Source: Candidatus Fermentibacterota bacterium
GTDB taxonomy: Bacteria; JAFGKV01
Assembly (NCBI GenBank): GCA_016928395.1
Contig: JAFGKV010000193.1
Span: 1-57,821, forward strand
Reading direction: 5' to 3'
DNA: 57,821 bases
Shown here: piece after piece, positions 47,013 to 56,075 of the stretch
Position numbering within the stretch: the first letter of the stretch is position 1
Layout of the letters: the number at the start of each line of letters is the position of its first letter
Position numbers and translations under genes: made by a program
The notes under the pieces: generated by a model
What the model saw: the letters and a program-made list of their open reading frames with translations, nothing else
The model's database searches: none
Told to the model about the DNA's origin: nothing

Positions 47013-48335
47013 ATGCTTGTGACCAATGAAACGAAGGTCATGAATCGCTGGCTGGTGGTTGTCGGTGCGATTCTGATTCAGCTCTGTTTGGGTGCCATCT
47101 ATGCCTGGTCGGTCTTCACTCCCATCCTGACGAAAGCAGTCAGCGCGGGTGGTTTCGGGTGGAGTAAGACTCAATCACAACTGGTATTCTCGGCGGGATT
47201 GGCCCTGTTCGCCATCGTCATGGTCATTGCCGGCCGCCTGATGCCAAGACTGGGGCCTCGAGCCCTTGCGCTGTCTGGCGGCGTGGTGTTGGGCCTGGGC
47301 TACATCATGGCCGGACTACGGGGCGCGGGGCACTTCTGGTCCACGTTTATCTGTGTCGGTGTTGTGGGCGGCAGCGGGATCGGATTGGGCTATGTCGTGC
47401 CCATCGCCGTGGGGATGCGGTGGTTCCCCGACAAGAAGGGTCTGGTCACGGGGCTGGCGGTGGCCGGATTCGGGTTCGGCGCCACGTTGTGGATGACCCT
47501 GGCCGACACGCTAGGACCGCTGGGTGGCGGTGAACTCCTCACTCGGATCGGGCTCTCGAACACGTTCATCATCTACGGGATTGCGTATGTGCTCATCGTC
47601 GGGATTGGCAGTGTGTGGATGGTGTTTCCGCCCGAGGGCTGGAAGCCTGAAGGTTGGAACCCGCACAAGAACTCATCCGGCGGCCAGACTACGGGTGTCA
47701 TCGACTATACCAGCGGCCAGATGCTCAAGACGCTCCAGTACTTCCTGATCCTCCTCACGTTTGCATGCACCGCCAGCGCAGGCCTGATGAGTATCGGGCT
47801 CATGAAGCTTTTCCCGACGCAAGCACTGCAGGAGCATGGCGTGAGCCCGGAGCGTGCCAGCGGCATCGCCACCATGGCAATGGGTGTGTGTTTTGCGCTG
47901 TTCAACGGTCTGGGACGGATTCTCTGGGGCAGCATAAGTGACAAGCTGGGCCGAAAGAAATCCATCGTGGTGATGGCGGCGACGCAGGGCGTGTTCGTGA
48001 TTCTCTTCCAGTGGATGGCAGGTAGCGAGTTCACCCTGTATCTCTTCGCCGCGCTGATTGGGTTCAACTTCGGAGGCAATTTTGCCCTCTTCCCTACCAT
48101 CACGGCGGACACGTTCGGCACCAGACACATCGGTCAGACCTACGGGTGGGTGTTCCTGGCGTATGCCCTTGGGGGCATTTTCGGCCCGATCCTGGGTGGG
48201 AAGCTGGGAGATGTAGGCAACTTCCCCCTGGCATTCTCCATCTGTGGCGTGCTCTGTCTGATCGCGGCCGCACTGATCACCAGAGTCAACCCTCCTCGAT
48301 TCACCACACACCGTGCCCTCAGCGAGCCGGCATAG
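47013..48335 (+). CDS. MFS transporter, OFA (oxalate:formate antiporter/YhjX-like) family
   Basis: GAIYAWSVF, WFPDKKGL..G..GFG, NGLGRILWG..SDKLGR; AGGAGG SD. Confidence 0.9.
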   Translation: MLVTNETKVMNRWLVVVGAILIQLCLGAIYAWSVFTPILTKAVSAGGFGWSKTQSQLVFSAGLALFAIVMVIAGRLMPRLGPRALALSGGVVLGLGYIMAGLRGAGHFWSTFICVGVVGGSGIGLGYVVPIAVGMRWFPDKKGLVTGLAVAGFGFGATLWMTLADTLGPLGGGELLTRIGLSNTFIIYGIAYVLIVGIGSVWMVFPPEGWKPEGWNPHKNSSGGQTTGVIDYTSGQMLKTLQYFLILLTFACTASAGLMSIGLMKLFPTQALQEHGVSPERASGIATMAMGVCFALFNGLGRILWGSISDKLGRKKSIVVMAATQGVFVILFQWMAGSEFTLYLFAALIGFNFGGNFALFPTITADTFGTRHIGQTYGWVFLAYALGGIFGPILGGKLGDVGNFPLAFSICGVLCLIAAALITRVNPPRFTTHRALSEPA

Positions 48336-48344
48336 GCAGGATGG

Positions 48345-48779
48345 ATGATGGCTCATCACTGTGAAGCAGCATTGGTGACGTGCGTCGATTTCAGGCTGCA
48401 TCAACGACCTGATGGTCGAAACTGCATTGCCGAGTTCCTGCGGCGTCTGGGTCTCGATTGTGACGTGATCAGCCGGGCAGGCGGCATACAGGATCTGGTT
48501 CGGCCCCACGGAGGAAGTGACCAGGCCTTGGTGAGAGACCTGGAGGTTTCCGTCGATCTCCATGAGGCGGGCAGGCTGCTGCTGGTCAACCATGCAGATT
48601 GTGGTGCCTACGCGTGGATGGGCGGTTCACCGGACGAGGAACGAGCCCAGCACATCGAGGATCTTCGCGCGGCTCGCGCACTCCTCTCCAGACGCTTCCC
48701 TCGAGTCCAGATCAGTCTCTTTTTCGCTGAACTCGTGCCCGGAACCGCCGATGAGTTCGCAGTTCAGCCGATGCAGTAG
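48345..48779 (+). CDS. Beta-class carbonic-anhydrase-like protein
   Basis: CVDFR and HADCG zinc-ligand motifs. Confidence 0.8.
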   Translation: MMAHHCEAALVTCVDFRLHQRPDGRNCIAEFLRRLGLDCDVISRAGGIQDLVRPHGGSDQALVRDLEVSVDLHEAGRLLLVNHADCGAYAWMGGSPDEERAQHIEDLRAARALLSRRFPRVQISLFFAELVPGTADEFAVQPMQ

Positions 48780-49134
48780 CGTCTACCCCGCCCTGTGAGC
48801 ATCGGGCATTCGCCCAGATCGCTTCTCGATGCGCAGTGGTTCCGAGGCGCTACGGCATACTGTGGCAACGACGCAGCCAGTGCCCTGCTTCGAAGCCGCT
48901 GTTCGAACGTCTACGCCGCACGGCGCCATCCCGCTTCATGTGTGGGTGAGGGATGCTTCCGTGGAGACGGACCTGTCGCGTCGTTGGCCCTCCCCAGGCT
49001 GAATGCTTGGGCTGAATTCACCCGCGCGCCTGCCGCTGGCCGGCGCACCTTCCCGAACCATTGACCCCTCCGTGTGCGGCGATTATTCTGAACACCGAAA
49101 CAGTCGGGAACCGCCACCCGTTCTTGGAGGAACC

Positions 49135-50706
49135 ATGCATCGCGCCCCCGTTCGCACCATGACCGCCCTCGCGCTCCTCACGTTCGTGCTGCTTGCCCCA
49201 AGTTCGGGGTTCAGCCGTCTCCCCGCGCTGGGAACGTCTCTCTCTCCTACCGTCCTCCTGCGCACTCCCTCGGGCGATCCCGATGGCAATGACTCCCCGG
49301 GCACCGCCACGATTATCGCCATGCCCCACCAGGGCGACTACGCCATCGATCCCGCAGGAGATGTCGATTGGTACCGCATGGAGCTGGGGGCGAACACCTT
49401 GCTCCATATTTACTCGGAGCGCATAAACGACTCGCAACTCGATCCGGAAGCCCGACTCTACGGCCCCCACTCAGCCGATGGCAACGATCTGGACCCCACG
49501 GACTGGATCGCTGTCGACGACGACAGTCACGGTGATGTGCAACCCGACATCCGGATCGTGATCCCCGAAAGCGGCTTCTACTTTCTCAGGATGGCGTACT
49601 ACCAGAACGACCCCACGCGGGGATCCAATGAGCCGAAGGAGTCCAACCGCGCCGACACGGGGGCGTATAGGCTCTTCGTCGAGGAGCTCGCCGACCAGCC
49701 GGATATCTGGGTCGATCCCGACAACTTGGACTTTGGGCTCACCCCACACGACAGCGCCAACGCGTCCATCTCGGTCTCAAACCAGGGAAACGCACCCCTG
49801 CACGTCTCGTCAATCAGTGACGATCAGCCGTGGCTGAGTCTGAGCGTCGATAGCCTCACGGTGCCGCCTGACTCCAGCCTCGACGTGATCGCGACCGCGA
49901 ACTCGACGGGATTGGGGCTGGGGACGCACATCGCGACTATCAGCATAACCAGTGACGACCCCGACCAGAGTTCGATCGCGATTGACGTCGTGCTCACGGT
50001 GGCGTGGCCTGACACGAACGATATGCCACCCGAGGCGACGCCGATCAGTGTGCCCCACACCGGTGACTACGTGATCGGCACTGTCGGCGATGTGGACTGG
50101 TATCGGATGTACCTCCATGCCGGGACCTGGTGGGCGATCCACACGGAGCGCATCGACGGCTCCCAGATCGATCCGGAGGCGTGGCTCTATGGTCCCCATG
50201 CGGCCGATGGGTCTGACGTTGACCCCACTGATTGGATCGCCAATGACGACGACAGCTACGGAGGCCTGCAGCCCCTGGTGGAGATATCAGTCACCGAGAC
50301 CGGAAACTACTTCTTGAGGATCGCCTACTTCGCGAACAACCCGTCCGCCCGAGTGCCCGAGCACAAGACCGCAGACCGAGCAGCCACCGGCGAATACCGG
50401 CTCTTCATCCAGCCCGGCACAGGTGCCGACGATGCGCCGCGACCGTCGTCACTGCTCCTCGGGATCTCTCCCAACCCTGCCTCGGACCGGATTGATCTCG
50501 CAATCCGACTGCAGGAGGAGACACTGGTCTCAACAGCCATCTATGATCTCTCAGGTCGCGTGGTGCTGCAGCCAGTCACGGAGACACTCGGCTCCGGGGA
50601 TCAGGTGGTTCATCGTGATCTGCATACGGTGGAAGACGGTGCGTACCTGGTTCGCGTGCAGGCTGGGGCACTCACGGAGAGCAGGAGAATCCTCGTCCGC
50701 AGGTAG
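49135..50706 (+). CDS. Secreted protein with two PPC-like repeats, an Ig-like/BACON-like domain and a T9SS type A C-terminal domain
   Basis: Duplicated GDVDWYRM...DPEA.LYGPH...DDDS.G; SPNPA...IYDLSGR...GAYLVR; GGAGG SD. Confidence 0.85.
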   Translation: MHRAPVRTMTALALLTFVLLAPSSGFSRLPALGTSLSPTVLLRTPSGDPDGNDSPGTATIIAMPHQGDYAIDPAGDVDWYRMELGANTLLHIYSERINDSQLDPEARLYGPHSADGNDLDPTDWIAVDDDSHGDVQPDIRIVIPESGFYFLRMAYYQNDPTRGSNEPKESNRADTGAYRLFVEELADQPDIWVDPDNLDFGLTPHDSANASISVSNQGNAPLHVSSISDDQPWLSLSVDSLTVPPDSSLDVIATANSTGLGLGTHIATISITSDDPDQSSIAIDVVLTVAWPDTNDMPPEATPISVPHTGDYVIGTVGDVDWYRMYLHAGTWWAIHTERIDGSQIDPEAWLYGPHAADGSDVDPTDWIANDDDSYGGLQPLVEISVTETGNYFLRIAYFANNPSARVPEHKTADRAATGEYRLFIQPGTGADDAPRPSSLLLGISPNPASDRIDLAIRLQEETLVSTAIYDLSGRVVLQPVTETLGSGDQVVHRDLHTVEDGAYLVRVQAGALTESRRILVRR

Positions 50707-50805
50707 GCCCGCGACCATCTGATGGTCCGGGGGGCGAGCACTAAAGCTCGGGTCTTTGACCTGCCGTCTTTACCTGGAGCTTCGCTTCTGGATCAATCTC
50801 TGCAC

Positions 50806-50829
50806 CACTATTCTCATGTGAGAATAGTG
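50806..50829. repeat. Palindrome copy 2 of CTATTCT-N6-AGAATAG
   Basis: CACTATTCTCA-TG-TGAGAATAGTG. Confidence 0.9.
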
Positions 50830-51134
50830 AGGGTCGAAAGCTCTGAAGGTCCGCCGGAGTGATCTCTACGGGCCATCTGGGAGGCTCCTCGACAGAATCT
50901 GTGCGTGAGTACCGGGATCCCGATGGGGGAAAGCCATTGGGAGCAATGGTGGAAGTACGCCGCAGCGGGTAACGGAGATCGCACACCGGGGAGGGGCGCA
51001 CTTCCGCGCGTCCGAGAGCAGGCCATGGGGCTGCATCAGCACGGACCGAAGGGGTTCAGATCCGGCGTCAGTGCCGTGCCTCAAGTAGTCTCCCCACAAT
51101 GGCCTGTCCCTCGATATTCTCTCTACCAATGATG

Positions 51135-51197
51135 TGTGAAGAGCATCACGAGGAATACCGACAAAGTGTTGACATCGCGTGAGGGGTGTCGCATCGT
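51135..51197 (+). promoter_or_regulatory. Crp/Fnr-like box plus putative sigma70 promoter
   Basis: TGTGA-N6-TCACG at 51135-51150; TTGACA (51169) N17 CATCGT. Confidence 0.45.
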
Positions 51198-51265
51198 GTG
51201 ACAGGCATCGGAGATCCACATGCCAGGTGGATGAGGGTGTGTGATCAATCGCCAAGGAGGAATGC

Positions 51266-52396
51266 ATGTTCGGCAAACGGATGAAACTCTTCAAACTGCT
51301 CGGCTTCGAGGTCGGGGTTGACCAGAGCTGGCTGATCCTGGCGGTGCTGATCACCTGGTCGCTGGCCACCGGTGTGTTCCCGCACTACTTCGAAGGGTTC
51401 TCAACGGCAACCTACATCTGGATGGCGATCATCGGTGCGGTGGGATTCTTCGCATCTATCATCTTCCATGAGCTTTGCCATTCGCTGGTCGCCAGGAGAT
51501 TTGGCTTACGCATCAAAGGTATTACACTGTTCATCTTCGGCGGAGTGGCGCAGATGGAGGAAGAACCTCCGAGCGCCAAGGCTGAGTTCATGATGGCAAT
51601 CGCAGGGCCGTTGTCGAGTATCGCTCTCGGTGTCGGCTTCTACGGAATCAGCCTGGTGGCAGCCGACCCTGCCTCCACCCAACCGGTCACGGCCGTGCTC
51701 GCATACCTCGCGTTCATCAACCTCCTGCTGGCGGGCTTCAACCTGCTCCCCGCGTTCCCCCTGGACGGCGGACGCGTGCTCCGGTCGCTGCTGTGGCGAT
51801 GGAAGAAGAACCTCCGATGGGCAACCCATATCTCGTCGCAGATAGGCTCCGGGTTCGGCGTCGTGCTCATCGTGCTTGGCCTCCTGAGCGTCATCACGGG
51901 CAACTTCTTCGGCGGAATATGGTGGTTCGTGATAGGCATGTTCCTGCGCGGAGCATCACAGCAATCGTATCACCAGCTCCTCATGCGCAGAGCATTGGAA
52001 GGGGAGGCGGTTCGCCGGTTCATGTCGAGCGACCCGGTTACCGTGACCCGCGGCATCACGGTGGAGGATCTGGTAGAGGATTACATCTACAAGTACCAGT
52101 ACAAGATGTATCCGGTGGTTGAGGACGGGAGGTTGGTCGGGTGCGTGACCTTGAACCAGGTGAAGAAGGTGCCCCGAGAGGAGCGAGCCAGTCGTTCAGT
52201 GGGTGACATTGCCGACGCGTGCACCGCTGCGAACACCGTGCATCCGGATTTTGATGCCATGAAAGCTCTGGCCACCATGAGCCGCACAGGGTCGAGCCGT
52301 CTCATGGTGGTGGACGGCGATCGACTGGTGGGAGTGGTGGCACTGAAAGACATGCTGAAGTTCCTGTCACTCAAGATAGACCTTGAAGAGGAGTGA
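51266..52396 (+). CDS. Site-2 protease (M50) with a CBS-domain pair
   Basis: HELCH, FNLLPAFPLDGGR, two C-terminal CBS motifs; AAGGAGG SD. Confidence 0.94.
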   Translation: MFGKRMKLFKLLGFEVGVDQSWLILAVLITWSLATGVFPHYFEGFSTATYIWMAIIGAVGFFASIIFHELCHSLVARRFGLRIKGITLFIFGGVAQMEEEPPSAKAEFMMAIAGPLSSIALGVGFYGISLVAADPASTQPVTAVLAYLAFINLLLAGFNLLPAFPLDGGRVLRSLLWRWKKNLRWATHISSQIGSGFGVVLIVLGLLSVITGNFFGGIWWFVIGMFLRGASQQSYHQLLMRRALEGEAVRRFMSSDPVTVTRGITVEDLVEDYIYKYQYKMYPVVEDGRLVGCVTLNQVKKVPREERASRSVGDIADACTAANTVHPDFDAMKALATMSRTGSSRLMVVDGDRLVGVVALKDMLKFLSLKIDLEEE

Positions 52397-52453
52397 AGTG
52401 AAGCCGCGCCCCGAGTTCGATAGACCCCTACGGTGACCGTGAAAGGAGAAGCC

Positions 52454-52921
52454 ATGCTACCCATCAAGAAGATACTCTGTCCGACTGACTTCAGTGAGCC
52501 CTCACACGAGTCGATCGCTACCGCCAAGGAACTGGCTGAGCACTTTGCTGCCGAACTGCACGTGGTGACTGTGGTCGAACCCGTGCCGGTCATGGCAGCT
52601 CCACCCGCTCCCATGACCTTCAACGTTCTTAGCTATCAGAAAGAGTTGGAGGCCGCGGCCAAAAGAGACTTGGAGAATCTGGTCCAATCGAGAATCCCGG
52701 ACCGAATCGCGGTCCGCAAGGATGTTCTGCTCGGCCCTGCCGCGCATGAGATCGTGCGCTATGCGGAAGAGGAGTGCGTCGACATGATCATCATCGCGTC
52801 GCATGGCCGAACGGGCATTCAACGCTTCCTCTTCGGATCGGTCGCCGAGAAGGTGGCGCGATTGGCAGCGTGCCCGGTACTCATCATCCACGCCCCACAG
52901 GCGGAGTCCAACGAGGAATAG
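52454..52921 (+). CDS. Universal stress protein
   Basis: ILCPTDFS, SHGRTG...GSVAEKV...CPVL. Confidence 0.94.
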   Translation: MLPIKKILCPTDFSEPSHESIATAKELAEHFAAELHVVTVVEPVPVMAAPPAPMTFNVLSYQKELEAAAKRDLENLVQSRIPDRIAVRKDVLLGPAAHEIVRYAEEECVDMIIIASHGRTGIQRFLFGSVAEKVARLAACPVLIIHAPQAESNEE

Positions 52922-53139
52922 ATCTCCGGAAGGGCCTTCAAGCCGTTCAGATGGATCGGCTGAGGAGGAGACATTAGGCTCAGGGCTTGACACGTGACAG
53001 TCTCGCCTCTCTTCAGCGATCCGGTTCGGTTGCCTTCCCAGACTGCACCACCTGGTACCTTCTGAGCCTTCATGGCAGGCGCTTGCCAGAGACAGGCCCA
53101 CGACTGGCAACTCGATGAAGCTCGGCGTCTGGGTTCTGG

Positions 53140-54144
53140 CTACACGAGGCTGGTCCTACGGGCGCGAATCCGCTTGAGAAGAAACGCGCCGTAGTCGACC
53201 TGGTTTTCCCATGATGGGATCTGATGGGTCAGGATCTCCGCACGGGCGGCGCCTTGATGACCGCCCGCTGAGCCAAGGTCGCCAAATAGCTCCTGTGCCA
53301 GTCTCCCGGCATTACGCCGAAAACCCCCGTAGCGGAGTATGATCACCAGTCTGTCGCCCCGTATACCGGAAACCACGCTCCAATTCGCCTCCGCAAGCTT
53401 CAGGAGGAAATCGGCGACAATCACCAGCGTATCGGCGCTGTCTACCTGCCCCATATGAACCACGGCTGCCCTGTTGACAAACTTTATCTTGTCGAGCGCC
53501 TCCTTGAAGCTTGCGAGCGTCTCTTTGGTGATCTCGGAGGTTTCGATCTTCTTGATGACGTTGAGATTCGCCCGTTCATAGAGCCTACGAAACGCGATGA
53601 TGTCGTGCGAATCGCTGTCTCGGACGAAGTTGTCGGTATCGGTCTTGATCCCGTAGAACAACGCCGTTGCAAGGGCCGGAGACGGTCTGATGCGCAGAGC
53701 CGTCAGATACTCTGTCAGGATCGTGGAGGCCGCTCCATACTGCTCGCGGATGTCGATGTAACTCGCGGTGACTGGAGATGATATTGGGTGATGGTCAATG
53801 ATTATGTCAAAGCGGAATCCAAAGAAGGCTCTGTCGTGATGTGGTTGTGAGTCGACAATAGCCCACTTCGTTGCCCCCGAGCTCTTCGCTCTGTTGACAT
53901 GTATCAGCGTGATGTCCAGTAGCTTGATTAGCGCCAGGTTGTCGGCGCGCATCACTTTGCCTATTCGATAGATGTCTACTCTCTTGCACCGCCTCCAGAA
54001 GATGCGCTTGAGGGCCAGGGCGCAGGCAATAGCATCCGGATCGGCATTGATGACGATTGCCAAGGTGTCCTGTGGGCTGATCACCTCGTACAGTCGTCGG
54101 CATCTGTCAATGTTGGAAGTGGATTTCGGGAATGGGCCTTCCAT
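53140..54144 (-). CDS. DHH family phosphoesterase with a DHHA1 domain
   Basis: DPDA, VDS, IDHH, TDT, AGGH. Confidence 0.9.
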   Translation of the reverse strand: MEGPFPKSTSNIDRCRRLYEVISPQDTLAIVINADPDAIACALALKRIFWRRCKRVDIYRIGKVMRADNLALIKLLDITLIHVNRAKSSGATKWAIVDSQPHHDRAFFGFRFDIIIDHHPISSPVTASYIDIREQYGAASTILTEYLTALRIRPSPALATALFYGIKTDTDNFVRDSDSHDIIAFRRLYERANLNVIKKIETSEITKETLASFKEALDKIKFVNRAAVVHMGQVDSADTLVIVADFLLKLAEANWSVVSGIRGDRLVIILRYGGFRRNAGRLAQELFGDLGSAGGHQGAARAEILTHQIPSWENQVDYGAFLLKRIRARRTSLV

Positions 54145-54612
54145 ACGAACTCCAGAGAACAACCGAAGTCATCAAGCGACCGATTTGAGGCAGGGCTTAC
54201 CATCTGCCAGCTTTGCCTCGATCGTCGCGATGCGCGTGTCCGGGTTACGTTCCACCTTTACTCATGCAGTGCATCGCCAATGCGCCCGCTGTGCCGTCGA
54301 GCAACCGATCCCTCCCGACAACTCTTCCCAATCGCCGTGTTCGTCACACTCGTGCGTCATCGTACGCCGCATGGAGAGCCCGGCGCTTGGGGCAGGACGC
54401 CTATGAAAAAGCGGTCCCGATCGCACCGGTCAAGCGGCGCTGTCAGCTCTCAGCTATCGGCTGGCCGGTTCGTCTCGGATTTCGAGCGTGGCCCCGCACC
54501 TGCCGATGCAGGGTATCGTGCTTCGGATTTCAGGTGCGTCCCGTCACAACCTTCATCCCTCGTTCTGTCACATGGCAAGCCCTGGCCAGAGCCGCGTGCT
54601 TTCAATCTGACG

Positions 54613-54634
54613 ACTATTCTCACCTTAGAATAGT
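54613..54634. repeat. Palindrome copy 3 of CTATTCT-N6-AGAATAG
   Basis: ACTATTCT-CACCTT-AGAATAGT. Confidence 0.9.
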
Positions 54635-54741
54635 GTTCCGCGGCACTGCCACACTGATAGCTCGCGATCCTCCCTACATCCCGTGCGCCCCGTGATCCTC
54701 CGCAACCCAGCTCAGACTCACCAACGAAAGCAATGCGAGGG

Positions 54742-55170
54742 TCAGGGTGAAAGGGGATCACCAATCCAGTGGGCGATGACAGGGGAGGAGCCGCAGTGCA
54801 GGGCAGTGTAGAGCGAGCGGTCCGCAGTGAGGAGTCGGCACCCCAGTCTGAGTGCCAGAGCCGCATAGAGGCTATCGTACATGGTGCACCCGAGATGGGT
54901 CGCCAGCTTGTGGGCGCCTTCGAGCAAAAGGTCCGATGGGTGGATCTCGATAAGGAAGCGACGGAAGTCAGCGAGAATGCCCGCACCCTCCTCCTGGCTC
55001 AGCTCTCGCCTCCGCCACCTCTTCCAGATGCTGTTGCCGACCTCAGCCCAGATGAGGTCCGGCGCGTGGAGTTCCCATTGTCCATCCAGCGCCCGGATTG
55101 CCTCGCGGGAATGCGCCTCGGGAAGGAACCACTTCGCCGCGACGCTGGCATCGACCGCAAGCCGATTCAC
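54742..55170 (-). CDS. vapC: PIN-domain toxin (VapC/FitB-like)
   Basis: VDASVAAKWF, EVGN, YDSLY, LTAD; GTG overlaps the antitoxin stop. Confidence 0.9.
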   Translation of the reverse strand: MNRLAVDASVAAKWFLPEAHSREAIRALDGQWELHAPDLIWAEVGNSIWKRWRRRELSQEEGAGILADFRRFLIEIHPSDLLLEGAHKLATHLGCTMYDSLYAALALRLGCRLLTADRSLYTALHCGSSPVIAHWIGDPLSP

Positions 55171-55397
55171 CGCCCTCTGTCCTCGCGGATCAGAACCGCG
55201 CTGTCGTCGTATGACGTGGTGGCCAGAGTGGTATGCCACTGTTCCGCGACGCGACACGCGTCGGTGATCGAGTACGCGGCCGCATACTCGAGGATTGCCT
55301 GGGCCTCCTTCTGAAGCGACCGGCGGTTCCGTCGCGCTCTGCTTTTGAGCTCCTCGACCACCGCATCGTCCAGTCCTCGGACGAGAATGTCTGGCAT
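55167..55397 (-). CDS. FitA/Arc-like ribbon-helix-helix antitoxin
   Basis: MPDILVRGLDDAVVEELKSRARRNRRSLQKE..IL; GGAGG SD. Confidence 0.9.
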   Translation of the reverse strand: MPDILVRGLDDAVVEELKSRARRNRRSLQKEAQAILEYAAAYSITDACRVAEQWHTTLATTSYDDSAVLIREDRGR

Positions 55398-55416
55398 GAC
55401 CACCTCCCGTTGAGAA

Positions 55417-55435
55417 TGATAGCATAATGATAGCA
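55417..55435 (-). promoter_or_regulatory. Tandem TGCTATCA repeats, putative antitoxin operator
   Basis: TGATAGCA at 55417 and 55428 on the plus strand, 11-bp period, just upstream of the antitoxin SD. Confidence 0.6.
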
Positions 55436-56075
55436 CCCAAGGTGCTTCGCATCCAGGGACCGCTGCGATCTCAGAGGACGGGAAACAGAATCAGAAACGT
55501 CGCCGGGTGGTCTCGGCGATAGGGGACCGATTGCCGGCACTTCAACCATGGGACAGAAGTCAAGGACATCGGCGCGGAAAGGATATTGCGTGGGCCAGGA
55601 TTCGAGGATCGATCGGTTGATCTTGCTCCGAACCTACGCACTTTCCTGCAGTCTCCCCACTCGGCAGTTGATGCAGGAAGAGCAACAACTGCTCCTGGAT
55701 CCCAGCTCCGCTGATGCGACGCAGGGCCAACACGCTGGAACTCGACGAGCCCGCTGCACCGGGAGAGACCGGCAATCCGTGTGAGCAGTCGCCGGCTCGC
55801 GCCTTCATACGCAACAACCGAGGATTCCTCAGTAGTTCACGTCTTGTCCTAGTCCGGCCGCTGTAGACCGTACAACCACACCTTGAGGTCAAGGCGCCGT
55901 CCGGCTCACTGCCTCCAGTCCTTCACTCCCCAAGTCCCATACTGCAATACACGACCCCACTGCCCCCCTTTCTCGTGGCGGAAGATGGCATGATTTCTGC
56001 TTCTACGTAACAAACCCGTGCACACGCCATGATTGCCCAACAATCGCACGGAAAACCGCACGCAGGAGATGCAGA

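Noticed and set aside
6232-54633. Palindrome copies read as CRISPR repeats, FRT sites or integron attC
   Set aside because: Not regularly spaced and no cas genes; only the 7-mer CTATTCT is shared with FRT; no RYYYAAC/GTTRRRY ends.
55548-55892. Short ORFs between the TA pair and the DUF362 gene
   Set aside because: No recognisable motif or convincing SD; possibly a decayed gene, but unsupported.
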